A stretch of DNA of 64,000 nucleotides from Bigelowiella natans CCMP2755 (Eukaryota > Protista > Cercozoa), in NCBI GenBank assembly GCA_000320545.1, contig ADNK01001423.1:1-64000 (forward strand), written 5' to 3'. Every line of letters begins with the position of its first letter. Position 1 is the stretch's first letter. The position numbers were made by a program, and so were the translations under genes. The notes below the pieces were generated by a model, which ran no database searches, was not told the origin of the DNA, and worked only from the letters and a program-made list of their open reading frames with translations. This document shows, one piece after another, positions 13,954 through 26,674 of the stretch.

Positions 13954-14216
13954 TTTCTTGTTGTTGTTGTTGTTGTTCCTCTTTGTACCCTTCCCCAATG
14001 AGTTCCAAGACAACAGCTTTCCGCATCATCTGTCTGGCTAAACCGTGGTGCAACCTTTTCCATCATCATCATCAACAACAACCAATTGCAATACCGACGC
14101 AGCAGTAAAGAGGACACACAACCTTGTTATCAGCAATATAACAACACAATAATGTCCAAGATGATCACTGCCAAAGCTGCTTCAAAAGGCATATTGTAGC
14201 AGCAGCACAATGAAAT

Positions 14217-14254
<38 letters not shown>

Positions 14255-15226
14255 GTACACACACACACACACACCTCCCTCCCTCCCTCCTCCCTTTCCT
14301 CCTGTTTCTTTGACCTCACTCATTGAAAAAATGATGATGATGATGATGATAAATATGATGCAGCAATCGGTCAACTATTACTTTGTTTATATGTTACTAC
14401 TACTACTACTACTACTACTACTACAACTACTACAACTACTATTTGGCAACTAATAAGTTAGTCATTTGGCTGGCTATCAATAATCCACCCACCCGTTATG
14501 ATGTTTTTTGTCTGCTGCCTCCCTCTTTATCCGCCTCCTCCTCACTATATCTTCATCGTTCCCCTCTCCACCCCGTGAATCGTCGTCGTCGGCGGCGGCC
14601 GCATCATCATCATCATCATCAATATCATCTTGACTGCTTGAAGATGCACTCTTCCTGCTCCTTTTCCTCTTCTTCTTCACTCCACCGATGCCACCACCAC
14701 CACCACCACCTTCTCCTTCTTCTTCAGCGCCATCTGTTACAGATGATCCTCCTCCTCCCACTACTACTACTTTTCCTCCTCCTCCTCCTTTAGCATAGTA
14801 CATGGTTGCTGTGAACAACTTGTTCTTTTTCCTGCCTTCTATTCCACTTCTTCCTCCTCGACCAGTATTATTATTATTGCTATACGAGTCGAAGAATTCA
14901 AATGGGTCGGGAACGTCCTCGATGAAACTTCGCAGAGGGGGAGGAGGAGGAGGGGGGGGACGTTGCTGTTCTTGCCGCTGTTTCTCCGAGGAGGAACCAC
15001 CTCCCGACTGCTGCTGCTGCTGCTGCTTAAGAGATGATGAGTCGCCTATTAAGTAATAATTATCACGGAGCACAGATTAGTGTTAAAATTCTGCAAAGGT
15101 GCCAGTGGATGCAGTGTAGTATATTTGGCATAATGGTGCTAGTTGGGAGGAGGAGGAGGAGGGAAGAAAGACTTACTATTGCTATTATTAAGTTTCAACA
15201 ACCACACAGTCGCACCCTCGTAGTTC

Positions 15227-15276
<50 letters not shown>

Positions 15277-15367
15277 TTCAAAATGATTGTTATTATTGTC
15301 ATCCATTATTTCCATAATAATACCGTTGGCCATCATCGCATGCGTGCGATCCGTTGTTGTAGTAGTT

Positions 15368-15407
<40 letters not shown>

Positions 15408-15747
15408 CAGCAGGATCAGCAGTTGGATCAGCTGGTTTATTGTTGTTGCTGCTGCTCACTGCACCACTACCACCACCAGCAGCAGCAGCAGCAGCTGTTA
15501 CTCCACTTTGCTGCCGCTGTTCCTCCTGTAGCATGTTATAATTGGACTGGAGACGACGACCAACTGGCGAGCGCAGCAGCCCATTTGCCATGCCCCAGTT
15601 AGTAGATGGCTCACGCCGTCGCAGCATCGATTGATGACGTCTAAGTCGCTCATCTTCCACATAGCAACGCGGCCGCTTACGAGACAGCACCGCTGATGTG
15701 GTGATAGATTGTCGATGTTTGAGGTCAGAGAGAATGATATCATGCAA
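11116..15747 (-). CDS. Bromo_TP-type histone-fold protein (SPT7/SUPT7L- or TAF8/TAF3-like) embedded in low-complexity sequence
   Basis: Exons at ~13990-14040, 13543-13595 and 13357-13422 splice to ARQMMRKAVVLELIGEG|FDGARGQAVDVLTDLA|VDYVESFGNELQKLM, matching the Bromo_TP histone-fold pattern. The terminal exon GVPPSTLLDHVHLERLR ends at TGA 11116. Several middle exons are uncertain. Confidence 0.6.
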
Positions 15748-16797
15748 TATTTAATTATGTTACTATAGAATACCTCCAAATGCGTCACGCTCTCCAAACG
15801 GAAGCAACCTCTGCCCCGCACGATGTAACTGCAATGCACATGTATTGAAGATTGCTACGTGATACTACAGTCAGGCCACCAACGAATTGTTAAGCAGGGA
15901 CTGCTAACTACTGTAATACTTGCCAATTTTATGCATATACATGATGTTGCAAGGTCGCTTCCACAAAATTGACATGGCTATTGCTAATAGCAAGTAGCAT
16001 CAGAAACAGCAGCACACACACACACATTTGTAAACGTACTAGGTAGGAGCAGATGCGGTTTTCCCGTTGCACTTCCCGTGGGAGTAGTTGTTTCGGGAGG
16101 TTGTTGTTCATCCTCATCATTCCCTGACTATTCATCATAGAGGTTGGCATGGGTGGCTCCTTCAGTGTCATTTTCCCGGTAGCCTAATGAAAACAAAATA
16201 CAATGTATGTGTGTCTCAAGCATGCCGGCATCTTAACTTAGGCAACAAGCCGTGTGAAAATGAGTGTGCTAGCGCCTTAAGACGACACGATGAATCTAAA
16301 TTGAGCACTAATTTTGGGTTGATTATCAAGATTTACATCGAAGTTAACGTAGTCGTCATAGATAATGAAGTCCCCTGTGCGCGCCATCTCAGTTGTGCTC
16401 TCCTTCAAAAAGCAAGAATCAGGGAGAATGTTGATAGCATTGAACAAGCCTTATAAATATCACCTTTTTGTTGCCCCACATCTTTCGGCAATAGGAAGTC
16501 ACCAAATTTAGGTTGAAGGTTTCCCACTTTTGTAACTAATCTCCCTGCGCTTATTCCAAGACCTTAGCAAGCCGCCACTTGGGGGGGAGACTGCGACAGC
16601 AACCGCGCAGTCCTTTTGTAATTGTCGTTAGTAGATAATAGCACCCATTTTCTAGGATTTTATCATATATCAATATGTCGGGAGTTTAACTCCTGCGACA
16701 TGCTCATTGATCTACGAGAATGTTCATGAATTACTTGATTACTCGCTGTGGAAGCGCGTGGGGTTTGTCGCATCTTGAATTTATCCTGAGTTTGGTA

Positions 16798-16826
16798 GCG
16801 CGGGAAGCTATTCCACATTTTGGCGC
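16798..16826. promoter_or_regulatory. Two E2F-like motifs upstream of SMC1
   Basis: GCGCGGGAA (16798-16806) and TTTGGCGC (16819-16826), 75-100 bp before the ATG, match or nearly match TTTSSCGC. Confidence 0.4.
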
Positions 16827-16898
16827 TAAAAAGAGTCAGGCCCACAACTCGATCCACATTCACATTGATAGGATAGAGGAATCCATAAATAGAGGGAG

Positions 16899-19800
16899 AT
16901 GGGTCGCATAGATCGCCTGATTGTTTGCAACTTCAAATCATATGGGGGGGAACAGAAGATAGGTCCATTTCGCCGGTTTCAATGTATCATTGGACCGAAC
17001 GGATCCGGCAAATCCAATTTGATGGATGCAATTAGTTTCGTTCTTGGAGTTCAAACTCAGCAACTGCGGGGATCAAAATTAATTGATCTTGTGCATTTGA
17101 AGGAAAATGAACTTAGGGCAGAAACAAAGCGGAGGTATTGTTTGAATTTTTGAAAATGAAAGAAACTTACGAAAATCTTTTACAGTGCGTATGTCGAACT
17201 GGTCTATGTTGATGAAGAGGGTGTTCTCGAGAAAGAGAAGCTGTTGCAAGACGGCAAAGAAGTTTATTTTAGAAGGACAATTCGGCAAAATGGATCAGCA
17301 GTTTATTCCATTAATGGAAAGGAAGTCTCAGCTAAGGGGTATCAGGACGTGCTCAAAAATATAGGCATACTCGTCAAAGCTCGCAATTTTCTCGTGTTTC
17401 AGGTTATTTACGATTTGTATTCATCGGTTAATGTGAGAATGATGTACCAAATCAACTTTCAATCAGGGTGATGTTGCAAATATTGCTCAAAAGTCTCCCT
17501 CGGAAATCACAAAAATGGTAAAAAATTTTGCCCCTTAATGCTCTGACGCAGCTCATTGACATAATCACCAGTTTGAGGAGATATCCGGATCAAATTTTTT
17601 GGCTGAAAAATATGCGGAAAAGCAAGAAGCGTGCGAAGCGGTAATCTTTGATTTGTTGCACATCGATGATTTTGATATTGATAACCAATTTTCAGGCTGA
17701 AGAGGAGGTTCTTCGAACCTTCAACAAAAAAAAGAGTGTTGCGAAGGAGAAAAAGCAGGTTCAAGAACAAAAACAAGAAGCAGAAATGTTCCAGAAAATG
17801 GTTGAGGACTTAAATATCAAGAAGTCTGAATTTTTCTTGTGGCAACTTCATCACGCAGAGAAGAATCTGCAAGCTAATGAACAGAAGTGTGACAATGTGA
17901 ATGAGAACCTGGACATTTTAAACGAAGAGATTGAAGAGGTGCAATCGAAGTTGAAGGAACATCAACGAGCAAGTGGAAAATTTCGGCGAGAAGCCTTGAG
18001 CTTGGAGAAAAAGATAACCAAACAAAAACGGCAGGTGGAAAAAGCTAATCCCCAAAAAATCAGTCTATCTGCTCAAATTGCAAGTCTAAGAGAGGGCGCG
18101 AAGAAAGCGGAGAAGGAACGGAAGAAGTTAGAAAAAAGTGAGAAAAAGCAGAAGCAGAAGGTTGAATCTTTAATGTCACAGTTGGAGGATATTCAAGAAG
18201 AGAAAAACAAATTTGAGGCTGAAGAATCACAAGATGAGAACATCATTCAGGCAGAGCGACTAGAAGAATATAATAGGAAGAAGCAGGAGGTTGGAATAAA
18301 GACTGCACAAATTCAACAAGAACTTGATGAGGTCTTAAAAGCTTTCTCGCAGAAGGAAAAGGTTCGTGAGAAGACCGAGACGGAGATCAAAGTGTTGAAT
18401 GAGGCAAAGGAAAATTCAAAACAAGCTCATAAGTACAACAATGATAAGCGTTTGAAGCTGGAGAAACACTGTGCTGATCACCAGAAGAATTTGGATAACT
18501 TCAGCAGTTCTTTGGCGGGTTTGACGCGTACGAGCGAAGATGCCACAGAAAGGTTGAAGGAGGTACGGCAACAGCTTGAAAAGTACGATCAAAAATTATT
18601 CACCGCCCAAGAGCATCGGCAAAAATCTAAAAGGGAGGCGCAGAAGTCCGAGTGCATCGATACCTTAAAACGGGTATTTAAAGGGGTGCGTGGACGATTC
18701 CATGAACTCTGTGATCTCACCAGACGGGAATATGGAATGGCCGTTACAATCGCTCTCGGCAAAAATATGGACGCAATCGTTGTGGATGAGGAGAAGGTTG
18801 CAATCGAATGCATTAAATATCTCAAGGAGCAACGTCTTGGAAAAGAAATTTTCATACCATTAGATACTATAAGAATTCAAAACAAGAATCAGGATCATTT
18901 TAGGAAATTGGGTGGCAGCTTTAAGCTCCTTACTGACGTATTTAAGTATGACGAGGATAACCACAAGGCATTGCTTTATGCTTGTGGCAACATGCTACTC
19001 TGCGACACACAGGAAGAGGCGAAGGGACTTTGCTACGCACCTGGAAACGAGGGCAAATATAAGGTTATTACGAAAGATGGAACGATCTTTCACAAGTCTG
19101 GGTCGATGTCCGGTGGATTTTCAAAAAAAGATCAGCAAAGGACGAACAAATGGAATGATAAGGAAATTGCAAAAGTACAGCACAGTCGGAATAGACTTCG
19201 TGAGGAATTACTGACTCTGGAGAGGAAAGAACGTACAGAGCGACCATCCAGAGAGTTGCAAGCTCAAATTGATGCCGTCAAACAAAGACTTCACTTCTCT
19301 AAGATGGATCTTGAGCATATAACTAAAAGAGTTACGCAATTTGAGAATGACATCACTCGAATGGATGAAGAGCTTGTAGAAAAAAAAACATCCTTGCAAA
19401 AAATGCAGGCTGAAATTGCGAAAGATCGACAAAAAATTGATGCATTTCGTAAGAGAATATCGAAAGTTAGCGTTACAGTTTTTGCTGAATTTAGTAAGTC
19501 CGTCGGAGTTAAAAATATCGCAGAGTATGAGGAAAAGCGCCTCGCGGCTGCAGAATCTCGCGCAAAACGAAAGATAGAACTTGCTGAAGCGGAATCTAGA
19601 CTTCTGGGAGATTTAGAATACCAAAAAAGCCGCGACAACGAAAAGGCTGCAAAGGAATTGAAGAAGAAAATACAGAATCTAAAGGCAAAGCTTGATGAGA
19701 AAGAAAGGACCCTGGAAAATTTCGATGCAGACCAGGAGAAGAAGAAACAGGATATGAAACACGATGAGAAAATATTGAAGGAGCTCCGAAATAAGTTAGT

Positions 19801-21241
19801 TGATGCTGATGCAGAAGTTACTGGAGTCAAGAGTTCAGAACAGGAGTTAAAAAAGAAGCTGACGAAATTGGAGAGGAAGAAAATCTCTATTGAAGCCGAA
19901 AGTGAGAAGCTTGCTAGTCTGCGTAGTGAGGTGATTAAGCAAGCTGACATGAACCAAGTCCAGCTTCCCAGAGTGGAGCGCAAGCACAAAAAGGGTGTAA
20001 AAGATGCAGACCATGTGGAATTTGATTACAGTCTCGTCAAAGAAAATACGGACGTTAAAGACGAGAATGAGTATGACCGGATCAAACAGAGATATATGGA
20101 CGAAATAGCTTCCACTGAGACTGACATTCAGAAGATATCCCCAAATATGAAAGCTTTTGAACAATACAATGCCGTGGAGGAGCGTTTGAAATCAATGAAA
20201 GATGATTTTGACAAGAAACGAACCGGGCAGAAAGTAACATAACAAAAATAAATTATTTAATTTTTGTAACCTTGTTTCTGATGTAGTTGTTTTATAATTA
20301 GGACATCGTGACAGAATTTGAGGCGGTTCTTCAAGAACGAACAGAGACATTCATGCGAATGTTTACTCATGTTAAAGAAAACATCGATGTACATCTCATA
20401 CCACATTAATATTGCATTTATATACTCAAACAATTTATCCTTAAAATGGCAGGACGTTTATAAGGCTCTCACAAAAAGCCAAAAACATCCTTTGGGGGGG
20501 AATGCGTACCTAAACTTAGAGGACGAAGAGGTTTGAACAGAGCATAGAACGTTAAGTATTTTATCATAAATATTTCATTCTTTCAGAAACCTTTCCTTAG
20601 TGGCATAAAATACAATGCTATGCCACCTGGCAAACGATTTCGGGATATGGACCAATTATCTGGCGGAGAGAAAACGGTATTTGAGACAAATGATTGTAAG
20701 TGAGCATCATAGATACTCATTAAATATTGTGCATATAATTGCAGGTTGCGGCACTAGCTTTGCTATTTGCAATTCATAGCTGCCATCCAGCTCCATTTTT
20801 TGTTCTCGACGAAGTAGACGCAGCTCTTGACAGCGCAAACGTCAACAAAGTGTCCAACTATGTTAGGTACGTTTTTGTTAATTGGGGATGACGGCATTTT
20901 AAATAAAGTTTTTGTGTAGGTCGAGAACAAGAGAAGAGGCCCTCCAGTGTATAGTGATTTCTTTGAAAGATACCTTCTATCACAAGGCGGACGCATTAGT
21001 TGGCATATATAAAGACCAGGAAGAAGAGACATCAGGATCACTTACAGTTGATCTTTCTCAATATGGAAAGAATGTGAAGTTGTCCCATAGTGCAATATTT
21101 GGAACCCAGGATTCCAGCTTACAAGACTCGGCCGAATTAAAGGTAGGAACAGATTCAACATTATGAGTTTAGGGCGCTGAAATATCTATGTAATAGGCAT
21201 CCCCAACTCCCAGTCGTTCATCTAGAAAACGTCACCGATGA
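16899..21241 (+). CDS. SMC1: Structural maintenance of chromosomes 1 (cohesin subunit), about 11 exons
   Basis: NFKSY, Walker [30 protein letters not shown]|GDV, hinge ([27 protein letters not shown]), [37 protein letters not shown]. Ten GT-AG introns of 51-68 nt (e.g. 17135-17185, 17641-17695, 20234-20301, 21143-21196). Confidence 0.97.
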
Positions 21242-21399
21242 AATTCATCTTCAGATTAAGAAAGTTAAGATATCTGGATGTGTAAAAATCCGAGTCTAAA
21301 ATATCGTTGGTGAAGATGCTTCTATGAACTGAAATATGAAAGATATTCTCATCAACGTAACGTTCATATGCCAACATTATGTGTAAAATAGAAATTCAC

Positions 21400-21850
21400 A
21401 GATGTGCTGCCAACGTAAGATGGCGCTATACATTGCGTACCAAAGCAGGCCCATCAGTCATTTTTAAAACGATGAGGTAGCGGCATTGCGGCGGCAACTT
21501 ACTATTATTGCTATTTACATAAGTGTGCTGCGCTGCGAGTGCTACTACTCTTGTCGCCCTGCGGTAACTAAATCTTTGCATGAATGCACACTTACACTAG
21601 GCAGCTTGAGTCTGTTTAGCTGTCTCCAATGCTTTGCATATCTGCATCTTATAGTCTTCGCGCTTTCTTTGCGTAATTGCTCATGCACAGCGCTAGACGA
21701 AGCGCCGACGCATGTGCTAGTATGTGACAAACATTACTAGATTATTATGATACAAATATCGGTCATGTAAGCTTGTCGAGCGCTACTTCACACCACTAGA
21801 CTAGTAAACTACTGAAAAAATGCAGGAATATATTCCAGTAATTACTATCA
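21400..21850. other. Palindrome-rich convergent spacer (SMC1 / RasGAP-PIP5K); weaker example
   Basis: tgcatg, atgcac, gcgctagac, gcatgtgctagtatg and actagactagt clustered between stops at 21241 and 21895. Confidence 0.55.
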
Positions 21851-21894
21851 TGGATTTGCGCGTTTGAGTGTCTGTAGGCTTATATTATAGTCAT

Positions 21895-24800
21895 CTACTG
21901 GTTGCAAGCAGGTATAAAGTATTCCTTTACATAATCAAAAAGTAGTTTGCCGCAGTTGTTTGCGTCTGACAAACTACTCTTTACCGGCCGGAAAATCACC
22001 ATTTCAAATGCTGGGACACAAACCTTATCATTCGTTCGCCATAGGACTGGTGTTAAGGAGATTGTGTCGTAAGTAAAATAGCAACAATTGATTTTCACAC
22101 TATGAACATGTACCTTTGGCGCTATTGCAGAATGTTGGTCTCCCTCCCATAGTATTGTACGCCTCCAAAAATTTTCAAGCTTTCTCTTCGTGTTGTACCT
22201 GGAAAGAAAACTCAGCTTGAAGATAGGAGAAAAAATTAACGTATTGAGGTTACTTACTCGCGCATTATATCAATGATGCCTACGTAAACGACTCTCTTCC
22301 TCATTCTGCCCTTTCTTTCAACTGGTGTGCTAGGGATTCCATGGAAAATTGTCGATTCTCTCAATGTGCTATCGGCCATTCCACTAGATTTGGACCCCTA
22401 CTCGTCGTTTAGAATCGAGTTGTTAACAATATAACACCATATTCCACCCCACCATCCCCATCATCACAATCATCACGACGCATTCATTTACGGAGGTCCA
22501 CTCACTGATTCATGTGATGTTGATGTTGATGATGATGATGATGAGGATGAGGATGATGATGATATCGAACAAAATGATGATCACGAAATAGTATTTTTAC
22601 TCTTAAGTTCTCTGATTCTTGCATCAGCTTTTGCTGTAGCCTAACAACAACATTCCATTATATCTTAGCTTGTAGCATTAGTACACTGAAAGAGATGGAA
22701 TTTACCGCAAGCTCATCTTGTAGATAAGAGCACGTTGCTTACGCAGTCTGATACACAAATTATTAATAGGCTGCTGCTGAGTACGATGAGGTAAAGATTT
22801 TTATGGATTTATTGTGCACATACACGGAATTGTTTTGAAAGTCGTCCTCGTTCAGAGCCCAAACTTCCTGGTTGTTCAGTAGCCCGTAATGTCCATGGTG
22901 CTGTAGTATATAAACCATTCCAATAAGGACAGGATAGCGGAGGACCGGGACATACAAAATTTAGTGTAACGTGGCATTATGGATGATACCAATTTTGCTA
23001 CGACTATATCTTCTTTTTCTTTATATTTTTCCTTACTCCGCTTTCTTCGAACAACTTTCGCTGTGACTCCATAGTACGTTCAACGTATACTCCCACAATA
23101 AGTCGGTATCCCTACCAGCACCATTATACCGGTGACCACCACTCAGATTAGAAATTAGTAGCATGAGAAAAACGACAACAAGGACACGTTGCTACATCGA
23201 TGAAATTATACCTGAATCCGATGTTTAACTAGCCATTTGATATCGTTCTTTAGCTGTTGAACGACCTTACCACCTGCATGGGCGAGTCGTAGCCCTTCAT
23301 CCTGGAAGTCTCTGTCTTTGAGAACCTGCACTGCTTGCCTGTACCATGTTTCATTAAAAAAAATGACTCGCTCAAACTTTGTCATTATTAGAGGAAGAAA
23401 CGAAAAACCATCATCAGCTTTTATAGCAGTAGTCTCACCGTCTCTCCATCTCAGAAGAAGTGCGGTCGCTTGTTGCTTTGAGGTCGTAACGACTGTGGAG
23501 AATCTGCTGTCCGTAACATACATTCGCCATGACAACCCAATAGCTTGTTTTTCCATGATATGTGATTTCATACATGCCCAGGATTCTTGCAAGGAGTGAA
23601 TCTTTGTTGTCGCGCACATGCTGGTAATACGGTTTCAGAAGAGAAAGAAAGTATTTAAACTCTGTTTCAGACTGGTTCTTAATGATAAATCGTTTATCAT
23701 ACGTGTAAATGAAAGCTCCTCCACTCTTTTTGCTGTGAACAATGTCGGCGTAAGGTAAGTTAATGGCCAGTGACACCATTATTTGCTCCATCAATACACC
23801 GAAGACGTTCTGTAGCTTCATAAATATCATTGGCGCATGTGCAAGTACTACGTAATTAGAACGTTGTCCACTCTCTGCCTCTTCCTTGATTTTTTCCTCC
23901 ACCATGTCAGAAGTTACACTCATTTTTGCTTCAAACTCACTGTCCTTTGTCCCCCTAGGAATATTTCTCTCCAAGCTCAAACTCACATATTCCATCCCAG
24001 ATAATAGCATGAATATTTCTTGTAGTATCCTTGCTGTTCTATTGTTCTTCTGCTTAATTTCAGCTTCAGTGATAAATATTCTCACTTTCCGTAAATTTCC
24101 CTCTCTTGATACTCCAGGCATCATATTTTTCTTCATATTTTCTCCCCCACCACCACCCCCATCATCATCATCACCTCCTCCTTCTTTATCACAGGGTTGC
24201 TGCATTGTCCTCCCTTCCTCGGGAAGCAGTAGTAACAAGTACTGGCGTAAATCCTTTCGCATTTGGAGCAAGTGATATGAAGCTAGCTTGTTATTCTGAT
24301 TGCTTTCCAAGTGCGAGAGATGTTCATCTGGTAGCCTGCAAAACTGTGCAAGATACATGTCCATTCTAGATCTTGCTCCTCTCAACCATGGATTCAAAAA
24401 TGCTAGGTGGCTGGAAGAAGGATATAGTTTGTTATTGCTGGAAGTCATCAAAACTTTACACAGTAGCTTGATATTCGTTCTCATAGCATCTCCTTCTAGA
24501 GCTTCCAAGACTCGTTGAGGGTTGTAGAAGCCGTTTTCTTCATCAGGAGCCTCAAGAAGGCCTGATGGATATAGTAATTTCGGGTTGAGAAGTCGGAGGA
24601 ACACAAACCCACCGATCAGCCGCAACACACCCGAATCAACTCCATGCGAGCTTGTTCTTGGGGTTGCTGGGACGGATTTTATACCAGTACTGTTGGTACT
24701 TCCTCTAGAAATCACCACATCGTCGTTTCTCATCTGCAGAATATTCGGTTTGAGGAAGCCTCCCCCCCCTTGCGTCGACGATCTTGGAGTAGTAGTAGCG

Positions 24801-25915
24801 TTTCCAGGTGGTGGAAACTTCTTACTCACAGCGGCGAATAAAGAGTTGACGACAAGCTGAAAATCTGAACTTCCCGAACCAGAATCTACTATGGCTGTAA
24901 CCATCTTATCACACCATTGCAGCAATTCTTGCTGGTTGCGTTCTAAAATCTCTTTATCGCTCACCTTTTCCGGATCTACTTCAAGAATCCGTGCTTCAAC
25001 TGATGAATGTGCAGGGGTTAAAGATTGTGTGATATCAACTAAGAATGAGCTGAGACTGCGATTTAGGTGAGACATAGAATTCACCGCAGCACATAGAGCA
25101 AGCTCAGTCCCATACGACGTAGTTCTCAATGCACTTCCATGGGATTTTGCTTCATTTAATTCCTTCATAAGTTGACCGTATAGTAGTCGAACTCGCCAGG
25201 CAGGAGACAGCAAATTAATAAATGCTGCCACAGCATGTGGACGTATAAGATGTGGATCTCCAGATATCATATCAATCCTTTTCCTGTGTTGCATGGTGAG
25301 CACGCTCATTCGCACGTTTCTGCGGCCATGTTTTATTGACTTCCCCAGCATTCTGTTGATTGTCCATACTGCTGCCCAATCCTGTGCCATTTGTTGCAAG
25401 ACGGCGTCTAATTTGCTCTCAGTTTCAGGTATGGAGGATGATTCTTCCAGAACCTTAAGCTCCTCGTGCGATGGGAGCGAAGAAGTCCGGTCTTTAAATT
25501 CTATATCTTGCTCCTCTTCAATTGCCATTAGAGGGTTGGTAAGCGACTTTTTGCCTTTCTCAACAGCAGAGTGTCGTTCAGATCCCTCTGCAAATCTACT
25601 ACTATCCCCTTTCGCAGCCGACGATGATGATTCAGTAAAACCATGTTCATCATGATTCCACAAGCTTTCCTCATCTACAATTTCAAATGAACTTGCTTCG
25701 ATCCAGCGCGAAACCACTCCCTTGTAGATATCACTGTTCTTATCTTTTATCATCTCCTGAAGTTTTCTTGATAGTTCCAGGCAACTTTCCGCATTTCCCC
25801 CACTGTCTCCGGGAAGAACGTCGAGCACAAATGTTGTCGACTCCTCGCTATTATTGTTATTCAACGGCCCTCTATGCTCACCATAAGAGGACGCAGATTT
25901 GTCGCGATTTTTCAT
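21895..25915 (-). CDS. RasGAP domain fused to a C-terminal PIP5K (phosphatidylinositol-phosphate kinase)-like domain
   Basis: One 826-aa ORF holds both RasGAP motifs (ALRTTS, LEVDPEK..LERNQQEL, IGGFVFLRLLNP, LCKVL, LAFLNPWL) and PIP5K motifs (HAPMIF, KSGGAFIYTYDKRFIIK, SLLARILGMY, RYDLKAT). Downstream exons add VLKDRDF, VYVGIIDIMREYNTKRKLE and SAIAPK|SYGER. The 5' end and last exon are approximate. Confidence 0.85.
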
Positions 25916-26268
25916 ATGAAACTGTGATATGTCTTACAGGCCACAAGATTTATATAGACGCCTTGGTGCAGATTCATTCAGGTACATCAGAAATGTGCTC
26001 AATATTGCCATGGATCTAACACTCCTCGGTGCGGTTCTTGTGATAATATGGAAGAGTGAATGTGTTTGAGTGCCCCCCAATGAGTTCGGATAGCAACATC
26101 CAGTACTTATTTAGTGCCAGCGGATAGGATGGCAATTTGACACCAATGGATACAAGTCATCAATTGTATCTATCCTTCATCAATCCTATCTATCTATGTA
26201 TTGTTGTGAATAACAAATGCTTTCCTACAGGACGAAGATGAAGTCTCCTCCTCTCCTCCTCCTCCTCC

Positions 26269-26299
<31 letters not shown>

Positions 26300-26674
26300 A
26301 ACTAGCAACTATCTAATTAGAAATAGAACTATGAGAATTGACGAAGAGGGCACTTTTTTTTAAATTTTATACTAAGTTGTCGCTCCTCAAAACCATAGGG
26401 GAATTTTCCGTCCTTTGCAAATTAGCCGTGGGTAAACTCGAATGTGTGGGGGACTGCATTGTAACATTTTTGCAACGATTACATTAAAAATTACGAATGT
26501 GTCAATGCCCGAGATTCGCGCATCTACAGAGTGTTCTATCCTTACGACAAGCGCTATATTGTAAAGTTCAGTAAAAGCGCTCCCACTTCCAGTCTCAGCA
26601 GGCCCCGAGACGAAGGCGGCCCGCTTCCCTCGCTCCCTAGTACAAAACACCAATTGGCAAGCTCATTCGGAGCA

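Noticed and set aside
1985-15602. Numerous short ORFs of poly-L/K/V/CV/ER/YI
   Set aside because: They are translations of intronic microsatellites or antisense frames of real exons.
19291-19989. 232-aa antisense ORF inside SMC1 (and similar ones in RAD50 and the hydrolase)
   Set aside because: Shadow ORF of purine-rich coding sequence with no recognisable motifs.
26531-26674. Longer kinase N-terminus given in the ORF track
   Set aside because: It starts at a GTG. In a eukaryote the first in-frame ATG (26675) is more plausible.
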